A stretch of DNA of 64,000 nucleotides from Camelus ferus (lineage: Eukaryota). Below, piece after piece: positions 36,601-50,589 of the stretch. Within the stretch, counting starts at the first letter, position 1. Each line of letters opens with the position of its first letter. Location: assembly GCF_009834535.1 (NCBI RefSeq), contig NC_045696.1, forward strand, positions 122,142,001-122,206,000, read 5' to 3'. The notes under the pieces are model-generated. The model had not been told where the DNA came from, made no database searches, and was given only the letters and a program-made list of their open reading frames with translations. The position numbers were made by a program, and so were the translations under genes.

Positions 36601-39600
36601 CATAGATATGTATGGAGTGGAGTTTGCATCTGAAAAGAAACTTTGTGTTCCCAACAAGCTAGGTGAAGTACGGCTTTCATACACTCTTATCTCTCAGAAA
36701 TGAGCATGTTGAGAGACGTTCGTTCATCTAGCACAAAGGGAAAGAGTCGTCGGAGAAAATTTTACTCTGGTTTCTCAGTCTTTTTCTTAGTGCCTGTTTG
36801 AAGTTCCTTCAATTTTCACTGTAAAACAGAGTTGGAACTTGTACCTCCCCATATATTTGTATGGATTGGAGTTTGCAACTGAAAAGAAACTTTGTGTTCC
36901 CAACAAGCAACGTGAAGGCAGCTTTCACACACACTTACCTTTAAGAACTGAGCATGTGGAGAGACGTTCGTTCATCTAGCACAAACGAACATGTTACAAG
37001 AGAAACTTTTACTCTGGTTTCTCAGTCTATTTCCTAGTGCCGGTTTGAAGTTCCGGCAGTTTTCACTATAAAACCGAGTTGGAGCTAGTACCACCCCATA
37101 GATATGTATGGAGTGGAGTTTGCAACTTCAAAGAAACTTTGTGTTCCCAACAAGGTAGGTGAAGGACGGCTTTCACACACACTTATAACTCAGAACTGAG
37201 CATGTGGAGAGACGATCGTTCATCTAGCACAAAGGAACGGTTTTCAGTAGAATCATTTAATCTGGTTTCTTAGTCTGTTTCCTAGTGCCGGTTTGAAGTT
37301 CCTGCAGTTTTCACTGTAAAACGGAGTTGGAGCTAGTTCCTCCCCATAGTTATGTATGGAGTGGAGTTTGCAACTGAAAAGAAACTTTGTGTTCCCAACA
37401 AGCTAGTTTAAGTCCGGTTTTCACACACATTTATCTCTCAGAACTGAACATGTGGAGAAACGTTCATTCATCTAACACAAAGGGAACGGGTTTCAGGGGA
37501 AACATTTACTCAGGGTTCTCAATCTGTTTCCTAGTGCCGGTTTGAAGTTCCTGCAGTTTTCACTGTAAAACCGAGTTGGAGCTATTACCACCCCATAGAT
37601 TATTATGGAGTGGAGTTTGCATCTGAAAAGTAACTTTGTGTTCCCAAAAAGATAGTTTAAGGAAGGATTTCACACACACTTGTCTATCAGAACTGAGCAT
37701 GTGGAGAGACGTTCGTTCATCTAGCACAAAGGGAACAGGTTGCATGGACACTTTTACTCTGGATTCTCAGTCTGTTTCCTAGTGCCGGTTTGAAGTTCCT
37801 GCAATTTTCACTGTAAAAATGAGTTGGATCTAGAACCACCCAAATATATGTATGGAGTGGAATTTGCAACAGAAAAGTAACATTATTTTCCCAACAAGCT
37901 AGGTGAAAGACGGCTTTCACACACACTAATGTCTCAGAACTGAGAATGTGGACAGACGTTCGTTAACATAGCTCAATTGGAACGGGTTGCAGGAGTAACA
38001 TTTACTCTGGTTTCTCAGTCTGTTTCCTAGTGCCGGTTTGAAATTCCTGCAGTTTTCACTGTAAAACCGAGTTGGAGCGAGTACATACCCATGTATATTT
38101 ATGGAGTGGAGTTTGCGAATGAAAAGAAACACTGTGTTACCAACAAGCTAGATGAAGGACGGCTTTAACACACTTATCTCTCAGAACTGAGCTTGTGGAG
38201 AGACGTTCGTTCATCTACCACAAATGAACGTGTTGCAGGGAAATTTTTTACTCTGTTTTCTCAGTCTATTTCCTAGTGAAGGTTTGAAATTCCTGCAGTT
38301 TTCACTGTAAACCGAAGTTAGAGCTAGAACCTCCCCATAGATATGTATATAGTGGAGTTTGCAACTGAAAAGAAACTTTGTGTTCCCAACAAGCTAGGTG
38401 AAGTACGGCTTTCACACAACTTATCTCTCAGAAATGTGCATGTGGAGAGACATTCATTCATCTAGCACAAAGGGAACGAGTCGCCGGAGAAAATTTTACT
38501 CTGGTTTGTCAGTCTTTTTCTTAGTCCCTGTTTGAAGTTCCTTCAATTTTCACTGTAAAACATAGTTGGAACTTGTAACTCCCCATATATTAGTTTGGAT
38601 TGGAGTTTGCAACTGAAAAGAAACTTTGTGTTCCCAACAAGCAACGTGAAGGCAGCTTTCACACACACTTATCTTTAAGAACTGAGCATGTGGAGAGACG
38701 TTCGTTCATCTAGCACAAACGAACGTGTTACAACAGAAACTTTTACTCTGGTTTCTCAGTCTATTTCCTAGTGCCGGTTTGAAGTTCCTGCAGTTTTCAC
38801 TGTAAAACCGAGTTGGAGCTAGTACCTCCTCATAGATATGGATGGAGTGGAGTTTGCAAATGAAAAGAAACTTTGTGTTCCCAACAAGCTAGTTTAAGTA
38901 TGGCTTTCACACACATTTATCTCTCAGAACTGAACATGTGGAGAAACGTTCATTCATCTAGCACAAATGGAACGGGTTTCAGGGGAAAATTTTACTCTGA
39001 GTTCTCAATCAGTTTCCTAGTGCCGGTTTGAAGTTCCTGCACTTTTCACTGTAAAACCGAGTTGGAGATAGAACCTCCCCATAGATATTTATGGAGTGGA
39101 GTTTGCATCTGAAAAGAAACTTTGTGTTCCCAACTAGCTAGGTGAAGAACTGCAATCACACACACATATCTCTCAGAACTGAGCATGTGGAGAGACGTTC
39201 ATTCATCTAGCACAATAGGAACGGTTTGTAGTAGAAAATTTTACTCTGGTTTCTCAGTCTGTTTCCTGGTGCCGGTTTGAAGTTCCTGCAATTTTCACTG
39301 TAAAACAGAGTTGGAGCTTGAAACCCCCCATATATTTGTATGGATTGGTGTTTGCAACTGAAAAGAATCTTTGTGTTCCCAACAAGCTAGGTAAAGGACG
39401 GCTTTCACACACACTTATTTCTAAGAACTGAGCATGTGGATAGAATTTCGTTCATCTAGAACAAAGGAACGGGTTACAAGAGAAACTTTTACTCTGGATT
39501 CTCAGTCTGTTTCCTAGTGCAGGTTTGAAGTTCCTGCACTTTTCACGGTAAAACAGAGTTGGAGAAGGTAAATCCCCATTTATATGTATGGAGTGGAGTT

Positions 39601-42600
39601 TGCAACTGAAAAGATACTTTGTGTTCCCAACCAGCTAGGTGAAGGCGGCTTTCATACACTCTTATCTCTCAGAACTGAGCATGTGGAGAGACGTTCGTTC
39701 ATCTAGCACAAAGGGAACGAGTCGCCGGAGAAAATTTTACTTTGGTATCTCAGTCATTTTCTTCGTGCCTGTTTGAAGTTCCTTCAATTTTCACTGTAAA
39801 ACAGAGTTGGAACTTGTACTTCCCCATATATTTCTAGGATTGGAGTTTGCAACTGAAAAGAAATTTTGTGTTCCAAACAAGCTAGGTGAAGGCAGTTTTC
39901 ACACAGACTCTTCTCTAAGAACTGAGCATGTGGAGAGACTTTCGTTCATCTAGCACAAACAAACGGGTTATAGGAGAAACTTTTACTCTGGTTTCTCAGT
40001 CTATTTCCTAGTGCCGGTTTGAAGATCCTGCATTTTTCACTGTAAAACCGAGTTGGAGCTTGTACCTCCCCATATATATGTATGGAGTGGAGTATGCAAC
40101 TGAAAAGAACGTTTGTGTTCCCAACAAGCTAGTTGAAGAACGGCTATCACACACACTTATCTCTCAGAACTGAGCATGTGGATAGAAGTTCGTTCATCTA
40201 GCACAATAGGAACGGTTTTTAGTAGAAACTTTTACTCTGTTTTATGAGTCTGTTTCCTAGTGCCGGTTTGAAGTTCCTGCAATTATCAATGTAAAACAGA
40301 GTTGTAGCTTGAACCTCCCCATATATTTGTATGGATTGGTGTTTGCAACTGAAAAGAAACTTTGTGTTCCCAACAAGCAAGGTGAAGGACGGCTTTCACA
40401 CACACTTATTTCTAAGAACAGAGCATGTGAATAGAAGTTCGTTCATCTAGCACAAAGGAACGGGTTACCAGATAAAATTTTACACCGTTTTCTCAGTCTG
40501 TTTCCTAGTGTCGGTTTGAAGTTCCTGCAATTTTCACTGTAAAAGAGAGTTGGAACTTGTAAATCCCCATAGAAATATATGGAGTGGGATTTGCAATTGA
40601 AAAGAAACTTTGTGTTCCCAACAGGCTAGTTGAAGGCGGCTTTCACACACACTAATCTCTCAGAACTGAGCATGTGGAGAGACATTCGTTCATCTAGCAC
40701 AAAGGGAACGGTTTGCAAGAGAAAATATTTCTCTGGTCTCTCAGTCTGTTTCCTAGTGCCGGTTTGAAGTACCTGCAGTTTTCAATGTAAAACCGAATTC
40801 GAGCTAGTAAATCCCCATATATTTGTATGGATTGCAGTTTGAAAATGAAAAGAAACTTTGTGTTCCCAGCAAGCTAGGTGAAGGCGGCTTTCACACACAG
40901 TAATCTCTCAGAACCGAACATGTGGAGAAACGTTCATTCATCTAGCACAAAGGGAACGGGTTTCAGTGGAAACTTTTACTCGGGTTCTCAATCTGTTTCC
41001 TAGTGCCGGTTTGAAGTTCCTGCAGTTTTCACGGTAAAACCGATTTTGAGCTAGTACCTCCCCATATGTAATTATGGAGTGGAGTTTGCAACTGAAAAGG
41101 AACTTTGTGTTCCCAACAATCTAGTTTAAGAACGGATTTCAAACACACTTGTCTCTCAGAACTGAGCATGTGGAGAGACGTTCGTTCATCTAGCACAAAG
41201 GGAACGGGTTTCAGTGGAAACTTTTACTCTGGATTCTCAGTCTGTTTCCTAGTGCCGGTTTGAAGTTCCTGCAATTTTCACTGAAAAACCGAGTAGGAGC
41301 TAGAACCTCCCAAACATATGTATGGAGTGGAGTTTGCAACAGAAAAGTAACATTGTTATCCCAACAAGCTAGGTGAAGGATGGCTTTCACACACACTAAT
41401 CTCTCAGAACTGAGAATGTGGAGAGACGTTCGTTCACATAGCTCAATGGGAACGGGTTGCAGGAGTAACATTTACTCTGGTTTCTCAGTCTTTTTCCTAG
41501 TGCCGGTTTGAAATTCCTGCACTTTTCACTGTAAAACCGAGTTGGAGCTAGTACATACCAGGTATATTTATGGAGTGGAGTTTGCAAATGAAAAGAAACT
41601 CTGTGTTCCCAACAAGCTAGGTGAAGTACGGCTTTCACACACACTTATATCTAAGAAATGAGCATGTGGAGAGGCGTTCGTTCATCTAACACAAAGGGAA
41701 CGGGTTTCAGGGGAAACATTTGCTCGGGTTCTCAATCTGTTTCCTAGTGCCGGTTTGAAGTTCCTACAGTTTTCACTGTAAAACCGAGTTGGAGCTTGTA
41801 CATCCCCATATATTTGTATGGATTGGAGTTTGCAACTGAAAAGAAACTTTGTGTTCCCAACATGCTAGTTAAAGTACGCTTTCACACACACTTATCTCTA
41901 AGAACTGAGCTTGTGGAGAGACGTTCATTCATCTAGCAAAAAGGAACGTGTTGCAGGAAAAACATTTACTCAGGTTTCTCATTCTATTTCCTAGAGAATA
42001 TATGGAGTTCCTGCAGTTTCACTGTAAACCGGAGTTAGAGCTAGTACTTTCCCATAGATATGTATGGAGTGGAGTTTGCATCTGAAAAGAAACTTTGTGT
42101 TCCCAACAAGCTAGGTGAAGTACGGCTTTCATACACTCTTATCTCTCAGAAATGAGCATGTTGAGAGACGTTCGTTCATCTAGCACAAAGGGAAAGAGTC
42201 GTCGGAGAAAATTTTACTCTGGTTTCTCAGTCTTTTTCTTAGTGCCTGTTTGAAGTTCCTTCAATTTTCACTGTAAAACAGAGTTGGAACTTGTACCTCC
42301 CCATATATTTGTATGGATTGGAGTTTGCAACTGAAAAGAAACTTTGTGTTCCCAACAAGCAACGTGAAGGCAGCTTTCACACACACTTACCTTTAAGAAC
42401 TGAGCATGTGGAGAGACGTTCGTTCATCTAGCACAAACGAACATGTTACAAGAGAAACTTTTACTCTGGTTTCTCAGTCTATTTCCTAGTGCCGGTTTGA
42501 AGTTCCGGCAGTTTTCACTATAAAACCGAGTTGGAGCTAGTACCACCCCATAGATATGTATGGAGTGGAGTTTGCAACTTCAAAGAAACTTTGTGTTCCC

Positions 42601-44370
42601 AACAAGGTAGGTGAAGGACGGCTTTCACACACACTTATAACTCAGAACTGAGCATGTGGAGAGACGATCGTTCATCTAGCACAAAGGAACGGTTTTCAGT
42701 AGAATCATTTAATCTGGTTTCTTAGTCTGTTTCCTAGTGCCGGTTTGAAGTTCCTGCAGTTTTCACTGTAAAACGGAGTTGGAGCTAGTTCCTCCCCATA
42801 GTTATGTATGGAGTGGAGTTTGCAACTGAAAAGAAACTTTGTGTTCCCAACAAGCTAGTTTAAGTCCGGTTTTCACACACATTTATCTCTCAGAACTGAA
42901 CATGTGGAGAAACGTTCATTCATCTAACACAAAGGGAACGGGTTTCAGGGGAAACATTTACTCAGGGTTCTCAATCTGTTTCCTAGTGCCGGTTTGAAGT
43001 TCCTGCAGTTTTCACTGTAAAACCGAGTTGGAGCTATTACCACCCCATAGATTATTATGGAGTGGAGTTTGCATCTGAAAAGTAACTTTGTGTTCCCAAA
43101 AAGATAGTTTAAGGAAGGATTTCACACACACTTGTCTATCAGAACTGAGCATGTGGAGAGACGTTCGTTCATCTAGCACAAAGGGAACAGGTTGCATGGA
43201 CACTTTTACTCTGGATTCTCAGTCTGTTTCCTAGTGCCGGTTTGAAGTTCCTGCAATTTTCACTGTAAAAATGAGTTGGATCTAGAACCACCCAAATATA
43301 TGTATGGAGTGGAATTTGCAACAGAAAAGTAACATTATTTTCCCAACAAGCTAGGTGAAAGACGGCTTTCACACACACTAATGTCTCAGAACTGAGAATG
43401 TGGACAGACGTTCGTTCACATAGCTCAATTGGAACGGGTTGCAGGAGTAACATTTACTCTGGTTTCTCAGTCTGTTTCCTAGTGCCGGTTTGAAATTCCT
43501 GCAGTTTTCACTGTAAAACCGAGTTGGAGCGAGTACATACCCATGTATATTTATGGAGTGGAGTTTGCGAATGAAAAGAAACACTGTGTTACCAACAAGC
43601 TAGATGAAGGACGGCTTTAACACACTTATCTCTCAGAACTGAACATGTGGAGAAACGTTCATTCATCTAGCACAAATGGAACGGGTTTCAGGGGAAAATT
43701 TTACTCTGAGTTCTCAATCAGTTTCCTAGTGCCGGTTTGAAGTTCCTGCACTTTTCACTGTAAAACCGAGTTGGAGATAGAACCTCCCCATAGATATTTA
43801 TGGAGTGGAGTTTGCATCTGAAAAGAAACTTTGTGTTCCCAACTAGCTAGGTGAAGAACTGCAATCACACACACATATCTCTCAGAACTGAGCATGTGGA
43901 GAGACGTTCATTCATCTAGCACAATAGGAACGGTTTGTAGTAGAAAATTTTACTCTGGTTTCTCAGTCTGTTTCCTGGTGCCGGTTTGAAGTTCCTGCAA
44001 TTTTCACTGTAAAACAGAGTTGGAGCTTGAAACCCCCCATATATTTGTATGGATTGGTGTTTGCAACTGAAAAGAATCTTTGTGTTCCCAACAAGCTAGG
44101 TAAAGGACGGCTTTCACACACACTTATTTCTAAGAACTGAGCATGTGGATAGAATTTCGTTCATCTAGCACAAAGGAACGGGTTACAAGAGAAACTTTTA
44201 CTCTGGATTCTCAGTCTGTTTCCTAGTGCAGGTTTGAAGTTCCTGCACTTTTCAGTGTAAAACAGAGTTGGAGAAGGTAAATCCCCATTTATATGTATGG
44301 AGTGGAGTTTGCAACTGAAAAGATACTTTGTGTTCCCAACCAGCTAGGTGAAGGCGGCTTTCACACACAC
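33660..44370 (+). repeat. Satellite domain II: 22-mer HOR (5452 bp), then a 19-mer deletion variant and a partial third copy
   Basis: Identical ORF-track peptides 5452 bp apart (35759/41211, 37560/43012); marker TTGTGTTCCCAACTAGCTAGGTGAAGAACTGC at ~33671, 39122, 43831. Confidence 0.9.
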
Positions 44371-47300
44371 TAATCTCTCAGAACTGAGCATGTGGAGAGA
44401 CGTTCGATCATCTAGCACAAAGGGAACGGTTTGCAGGAGAAAATATTACCCTGGTCTCTCAGTCTGTTTCCTAGTGCCGGTTTGAAATTCCTGAAGTTTT
44501 CACTGTAAAACCGAGTTGGAGCCAATACCTCCCCATATATTTGTATGGATTGGAGTTTGAAAATGATAAGAAACTTTGTGTTCCCCACAACCTAGGTGAA
44601 GGACGGCATTCACACACACTTATCTCCCAGAACTGAGCATGTGGAGAGACGTTCGTTCATCTAGCACAAAGGGAACGAGTTGCAGGAGAAACTTTTACTC
44701 TGGTTTCTCAGTGTGTTTCCTAGTGCTGGTTTGAATTTCCTGCAGTTTTCACTGTAAAACAGATTTGGTGCTTGTACATCCCCATATATTTGTATGGATT
44801 GGAGTTAGCAACTGAAAAGAAACTTTGTGTTCCCAAGAAGCTAGGTCAATTATGGCTTTCACACACACTTATCTCTCAGAACTGAGCATGTGGAGAGACG
44901 TTCATTCATCTAGCACAAAGGGAACGAGTCGCCGGAGAAAATTTTACTCTGGTTTCTCAGTCTTTTTCTTAGTGCCTGTTTGAAGTTCCTTCAATTTTCA
45001 CTGTAAAACAGAGTTGGAACTTGTACCTCCCCATATATTTGAATGGATTGGAGTTTGCCACTGAAAAGAAACTTTGTTTTCCCAGCAAGCAACTTGAAGG
45101 CAGCTTTCACACACACTTACCTTTAAGAACTGAGCATGTGGAGAGACGTTCGTTCATCTAGCACAAACGAACGTGTTACAAGAGAAACTTTTACTCTGGT
45201 TTCTCAGTCTATTTCCTAGTGTCGGTTTGAAGTTCCTGCAGTTTTCACTGTAAAACCGAGTTTGAGCTAGTACCACCCCATAGATATGTATGGAGTGGAG
45301 TTTGCAACTGAAAAGAAACTTTGTGTTCCCAACAAGCTAGTTTAAGTACGGCTTTCACACACATTTATCTCTCAGAACTGAGCATGTGGAGAGACGTTCG
45401 TTTATCTATCACAAATGGAACGAGTTGAAGGAGAAATTTTACTCTGGTTTCTAAGTCTGTTTCCTAGTGCTGGTTTGAAGTTCCTGCAGTTTTCACTGTA
45501 AAACCAAGATGGAGATAGTACCTCCCAATAGATATGAATGGAGTGGTGTTTGCAACTGAAAAGAAACTTTGTGTTCCAAACAAGCTAGATGAAGTATTGC
45601 GATCACACTCACTTATCTCTCAGAACTGAACTTGTGGAGAGACGTTTGTTCATCTACCCCAAAGGGAACGGGTTGCAGGAGAAACATTTACTCTGGTTTC
45701 TCAGTGTGTTTCCTAGTGCCGGTTTGAAGTTCCTGCAGTTTTCACTGTAAAACTGAGTTGGAGCTAGTACCTACGCATATATAGTTATGGAGTGAAGTTT
45801 GCAACTGAAAAGAATCTTTGTGTTCTCAACAAGCTAGGTGAAGGACTTCTTTCACACACACTTATCTCTCAGAACTGAGCATATGGAGAGACGTTCGTTT
45901 ATCTATCACAAAGGGAACGGGTTGCAGGAGAAACTTTTACTCTGGTTTATAATTCTGTTTCTTAGTATCGGTTTGAAGTTCCTGCAGTTTTCACTGTAAA
46001 AGATATTTGGAGCTTGTACATCCCCATATATTTATATGGATGGGAGTTTGCTACTAAAAAGAAAATGTGTGTTCCCAAAAAGCTAGGTTTAGGACGGCTT
46101 TCACACACACTTATCTCTCAGAACTGAGCATGTGGAGAGACGTTTGTTCATCTAGCACAAAGGGAACTGGTTGCAGGAGAAACTTTTACTCTGGTTCTTC
46201 AGTCTGTTTCGTGTGCCGGTTAGAATTTCCTGCAGTTTTCACTTTAAAATCGAGTTGGAGCTAGTACCTCCCCATATATAAGTATGGACTGAAGTTTGCA
46301 ACAGAAAAGAAACTTTGTGTTCCCAAAAAGCTAGGTGAAGGACGGCTTTCACACACACTTATCTCTCCGAACTGAGCATGTGGAGACACGTTCGTTTATC
46401 TATCACAAAGGGAACGGTTTGCAGGGGAAACTTTTACTCTGGTTTATAATTCTGTTTCCTAGTGCCGGTTTGAAGTTCCTGCAGTTTTCACTGTAAACCA
46501 GAGTTGGAGCTAGTACCTCCCCATAGATATGTATGGAGTGGTGTTTGCAACTGAAAAGAAACTTTGTGTTCCCAACAAGCTAGGTGAAGTCCTGCTATCA
46601 CACACAATTATCTCTCAGAACTGAGCATGTGGAGAGAAGTTCGTTCATCTAGCACAATAGGAACGGTTTGTAGTAGAAAATTTTACTCTGGATTCTCAGA
46701 CTGATTCCTGGTGCCGGTTTGAAGTTCCTGCAATTTTCACTGTAAAACAGAGTTGGAGCTTGAAACTCCCCATATATTTGTATGGATTGGAGTTTGCAAC
46801 TGAAAAGATTCTTTGTGTTCCCAACAATCTAGATGAAGGAGGGCTTTCAAACACACTTATTTCTAAGAACTGAGCATGTGGATAGAAGTTCGTTCATCTA
46901 GCAAAAAGGAACGGGTTACAAGAGAAAATTTTACTCTGGATTCTCAGTCTGTTTCCTAGTGCCGGTTTGAACTTCCTGCAATTTTCAGTGTAAAACAGAG
47001 TTGGAGCTAGTAAATCCCCATATATATGAATGGAGTGGAGTTTGCAACTGAATAGATACTTTGTGTTCCCAACAAGCTAGGTGAAGGCGGCTTTCACACA
47101 CACTAATCTCTCAGAACTGAGCATGTGGAGAGACGTTCGTTAATCTAGCACAAAGGGAACGGTTTGCAGGAGAAAATATTACTCTGGTCTCTCAGTCTGT
47201 TTCCTAGTGCCGGTTTGAAGTTCCTGCAGTTTTCACTGTAAAAACGAGTTGGAGCTAGTACCTCCCCATATAATTGTATGTATTGGAGTTAGCAACTGAA

Positions 47301-50300
47301 AAGAAACTTTGTGTTCCCAACAAGCTAGGTGTAGTACGGCTTTCACACACAATTATCTCTCAGAACTGAGCATGTGGAGAGACGTTCGTTCATCTCGCAC
47401 TAAGGGAACGAGTCGCCTGAGAAAATATTACTCTGGTTTCTCAGACTTTTTCTTAGTGCCTGTTTGAAGTTCCTTAAATTTTCACTGTAAAACAGTGTTG
47501 GAAATTGTACATCCCCATATATTTTTATAGATTGGAGTTTCCTATTGATACGAAACTTTCAGTTCCCAACAAGATAGGTGAAGGACGGCTTTCACACACA
47601 CTTATCTCTCAGAAAGGAGCATGTGGTGAGAAGTTCGTTCATCTAGCACAAAGGGATCTGGTTGCAGGGGATACTTTTACTCTGGGTTCTCAATCTGTTT
47701 CCTAGTGCCGGTTTGACGTTCCTGCAGTTTTCACTGTAAAACCGAATTGGAGCTAGTACCTCCCCATAGATATTTATGGAGTGGAGTTTGCAACTTCAAA
47801 GAAACTTTGTGTTCCCAACAAGGTAGGTTAAAGACGGCTTTCACACACACTTATAACTCAGATCTGAGCATGTGGAGAGACGATCGTTCATCTAGCACAA
47901 AGGGAACGGTTTTCAGTAGAATCATTTAATCGGTGTTCTTAGTCTGTTTCCTAGTGCCGGTTTGAAGTTCCTGCAGTTTTCACTGTAAAACGGAGTTGGA
48001 GCTAGTACCTCCCCATAGATATGTATGGAGTGCAGTTTGCAACTGAAAAGAAACTTTGCGTTCCCAACAAGCTAGTTTAAGTACGGCTTTCACACACATT
48101 TATCTCTCAGAACTGAACATGTGGAGAAACGGTCATTCATCTAGCACAAATGGAACGGGTTTCAGGGGAAACATTTACTCAGGGTTCTCAATCTGTTTCC
48201 TAGTGCCGGTTTGAAGTTCCTGCAGTTTTCACTGTAAAACCGAGTTGGAGATAGTACCACCCCATAGATATTTATGGAGTGGTGTTTGCAACTGAAAAGA
48301 ACCTTTGTGTTCCCAACAAGCTAGGTGAAGTACTGCAATCACACACACATATCTCTCAGAACTGAGCATGTGGAGAGACTTTCGTTCAACTAGCACAATA
48401 GGAACGGATTTTAGTAGAAAATTTTACTCTGGTTTCTCAGTCTGTTTCCTGGTGCCGGTTTGAAGTTCCTGCAATTTTCACTGTAAAACAGAGTTGGAGC
48501 TTGAAACTCCCCATATATTTGTATGGATTGGTGTTTGCAACTGAAAAGAATCTTTGTGTTCCCAACAAGCTAGCTAAAGTACGGCTTTCACACACACGTA
48601 TTTCTAAGAACTGAGCATGTGGATAGAAGTTCGTTCATCTAGCACACAGAAACGGGTTACAAGAGAAACTTTTACTCTGGATTCTCAGTCTGTTTCCTAG
48701 TGCCGGTTTGAAGTTCCTGCAGTTTTCACTGTAAAACAGAGTTGGAGCTAGTAAATCCCCATTTATATGTATGGAGTGGAGTTTGCAACTGAAAAGATAC
48801 ACTGTGTTCCCAACAAGCTAGGTGAAGGCGGCTTTCACACACAATAATCTCTCAGAACTGAGCATGTGGATAGACGTTCGTTCATCAAGCACAAAGGGAA
48901 CGGTTTGCAGGAGAAAATATTACTCTGGTCTCTCAGTCTGTTTCCTAGTGCCGGTTTGAAATTCCTGAAATTTTCACTGTAAAACCGAGTTGGAGCTAAT
49001 ACCTCCCCATATATTTTTATGGATTGGAGTTTGAAAATGATAAGAAACTTTGTGTTCTCAACAACCTAGGTGAAGGACGGAATTCACACACACTTATCTC
49101 CCAGAACTGAGCATGTGGAGAGACGTTCGTTCATCTAGCACAAAGGGAACGGGTTGCAGGAGCAACTTTTACTCTGGTTTCTCAGTGTGTTTCCTAGTGC
49201 CAGTTTGAATTTCCTGCAGTTTTCACTGTAAAACAGAGTTGGAGCTTGTACATCCCCATGTATTTGTATGGATTGGAGTTAGCAACTGAAAAGAAACTTT
49301 GTGTTCCCAAGAAGCTAGGTCAAGTACGGCTTCACACACACTTATCTCTCAAAACTGAGCATGTGGAGAGACGTTCATTCATTTAGCACAAAGGGAACGA
49401 GTCACCGGAGAAAATTTTACTCTGGTTTCTCAGTCTTTTACTTAGTGCCTGTTTCAAGTTCCTTCAATTTTCAATGTAAAACAGTGTTGGAACTTGTACA
49501 TCCCCATATATTTGTATGGATTGGAGTTTGCTACTGAAAAGAAACTTTAAGTTTCCAACAAGTTAGGTGACGGACGGCTTCCACACACACTTAACTTTAA
49601 GAACTGACCATGTGGAGAGACGTTTGTTCATGTAGCATAAATGGAACTGGTTGCAGTGGAAACTTTTACTTTGGTTCCTAAGTCTGTTTCTTGTGCCGGT
49701 TTGAATTTCCTGCAGTTTTCACTGTAAAACAGAGTTGGAGCTTGTACCTCCCCATATATAAGTATGGAGTGAAGTTTGCAACTGGAAAGAAACTTTGTGT
49801 TCTCAACAAGCTAGCTGAAAGACGGCTTTCACACACACTTATCTCTCAGAACTGAGCATGTGGAGAGACGTTCGTTTATCAATCACAAATGGAACGGGTT
49901 GAAGGAGAAATGTTACTCTGGTTTCTAAGTCGGTTTCCTAGTGCCGGTTAGAAGTTCCTGCAGTTTTCACTGTAAAACCGAGTTGGAGCTAGTACCTCCC
50001 CATAGATATGAATGTAGTGGTGTATGCAACTGAAAAGAAACTTTGTGTTCCCAACAAGCTAGGTGAATTATTGCGATCACACTCACATATCACTCAGAAC
50101 TGAGCATGTGGAGAGACGTTCGTTCATCTAGCCCAAAGGGAACGGGTTGCAGGAGAAACATTTGCTCTGGTTTCTCAGTGTGTTTCCTAGTACCGGTTTG
50201 AAGTTCCTGCAGTTTTCACTGTAAAACAGTGTTGGAGCTTGTACATCCCCTATATTTGTATGGATTGGAGTATGCAAGTGAAAAGAAACTTTGTGTTCCC

Positions 50301-50589
50301 AACAAGCTAGGTGAAGGACGGCTTTCACACACACTTATCTCTCAGAACTGAACATTTGGAGAGACGTTTGTTCATCTAGCACAAATGGAACTGGTTGCAG
50401 GAGAAACTTTTACTCTGGTTCCTCATTCTGTTTCGTGTGCCGGTTAGAATTTCCTGCAGTTTTCACTTTAAAACCGAGTTGGAGCTAGTACCTCCCCATA
50501 TATAAGTATGGACTGAAGTTTGCAACAGAAAAGAAACTTTGTGTTACCAAAAAGCTAGGTGAAGGACTTCTTTCACACACACTTATCTC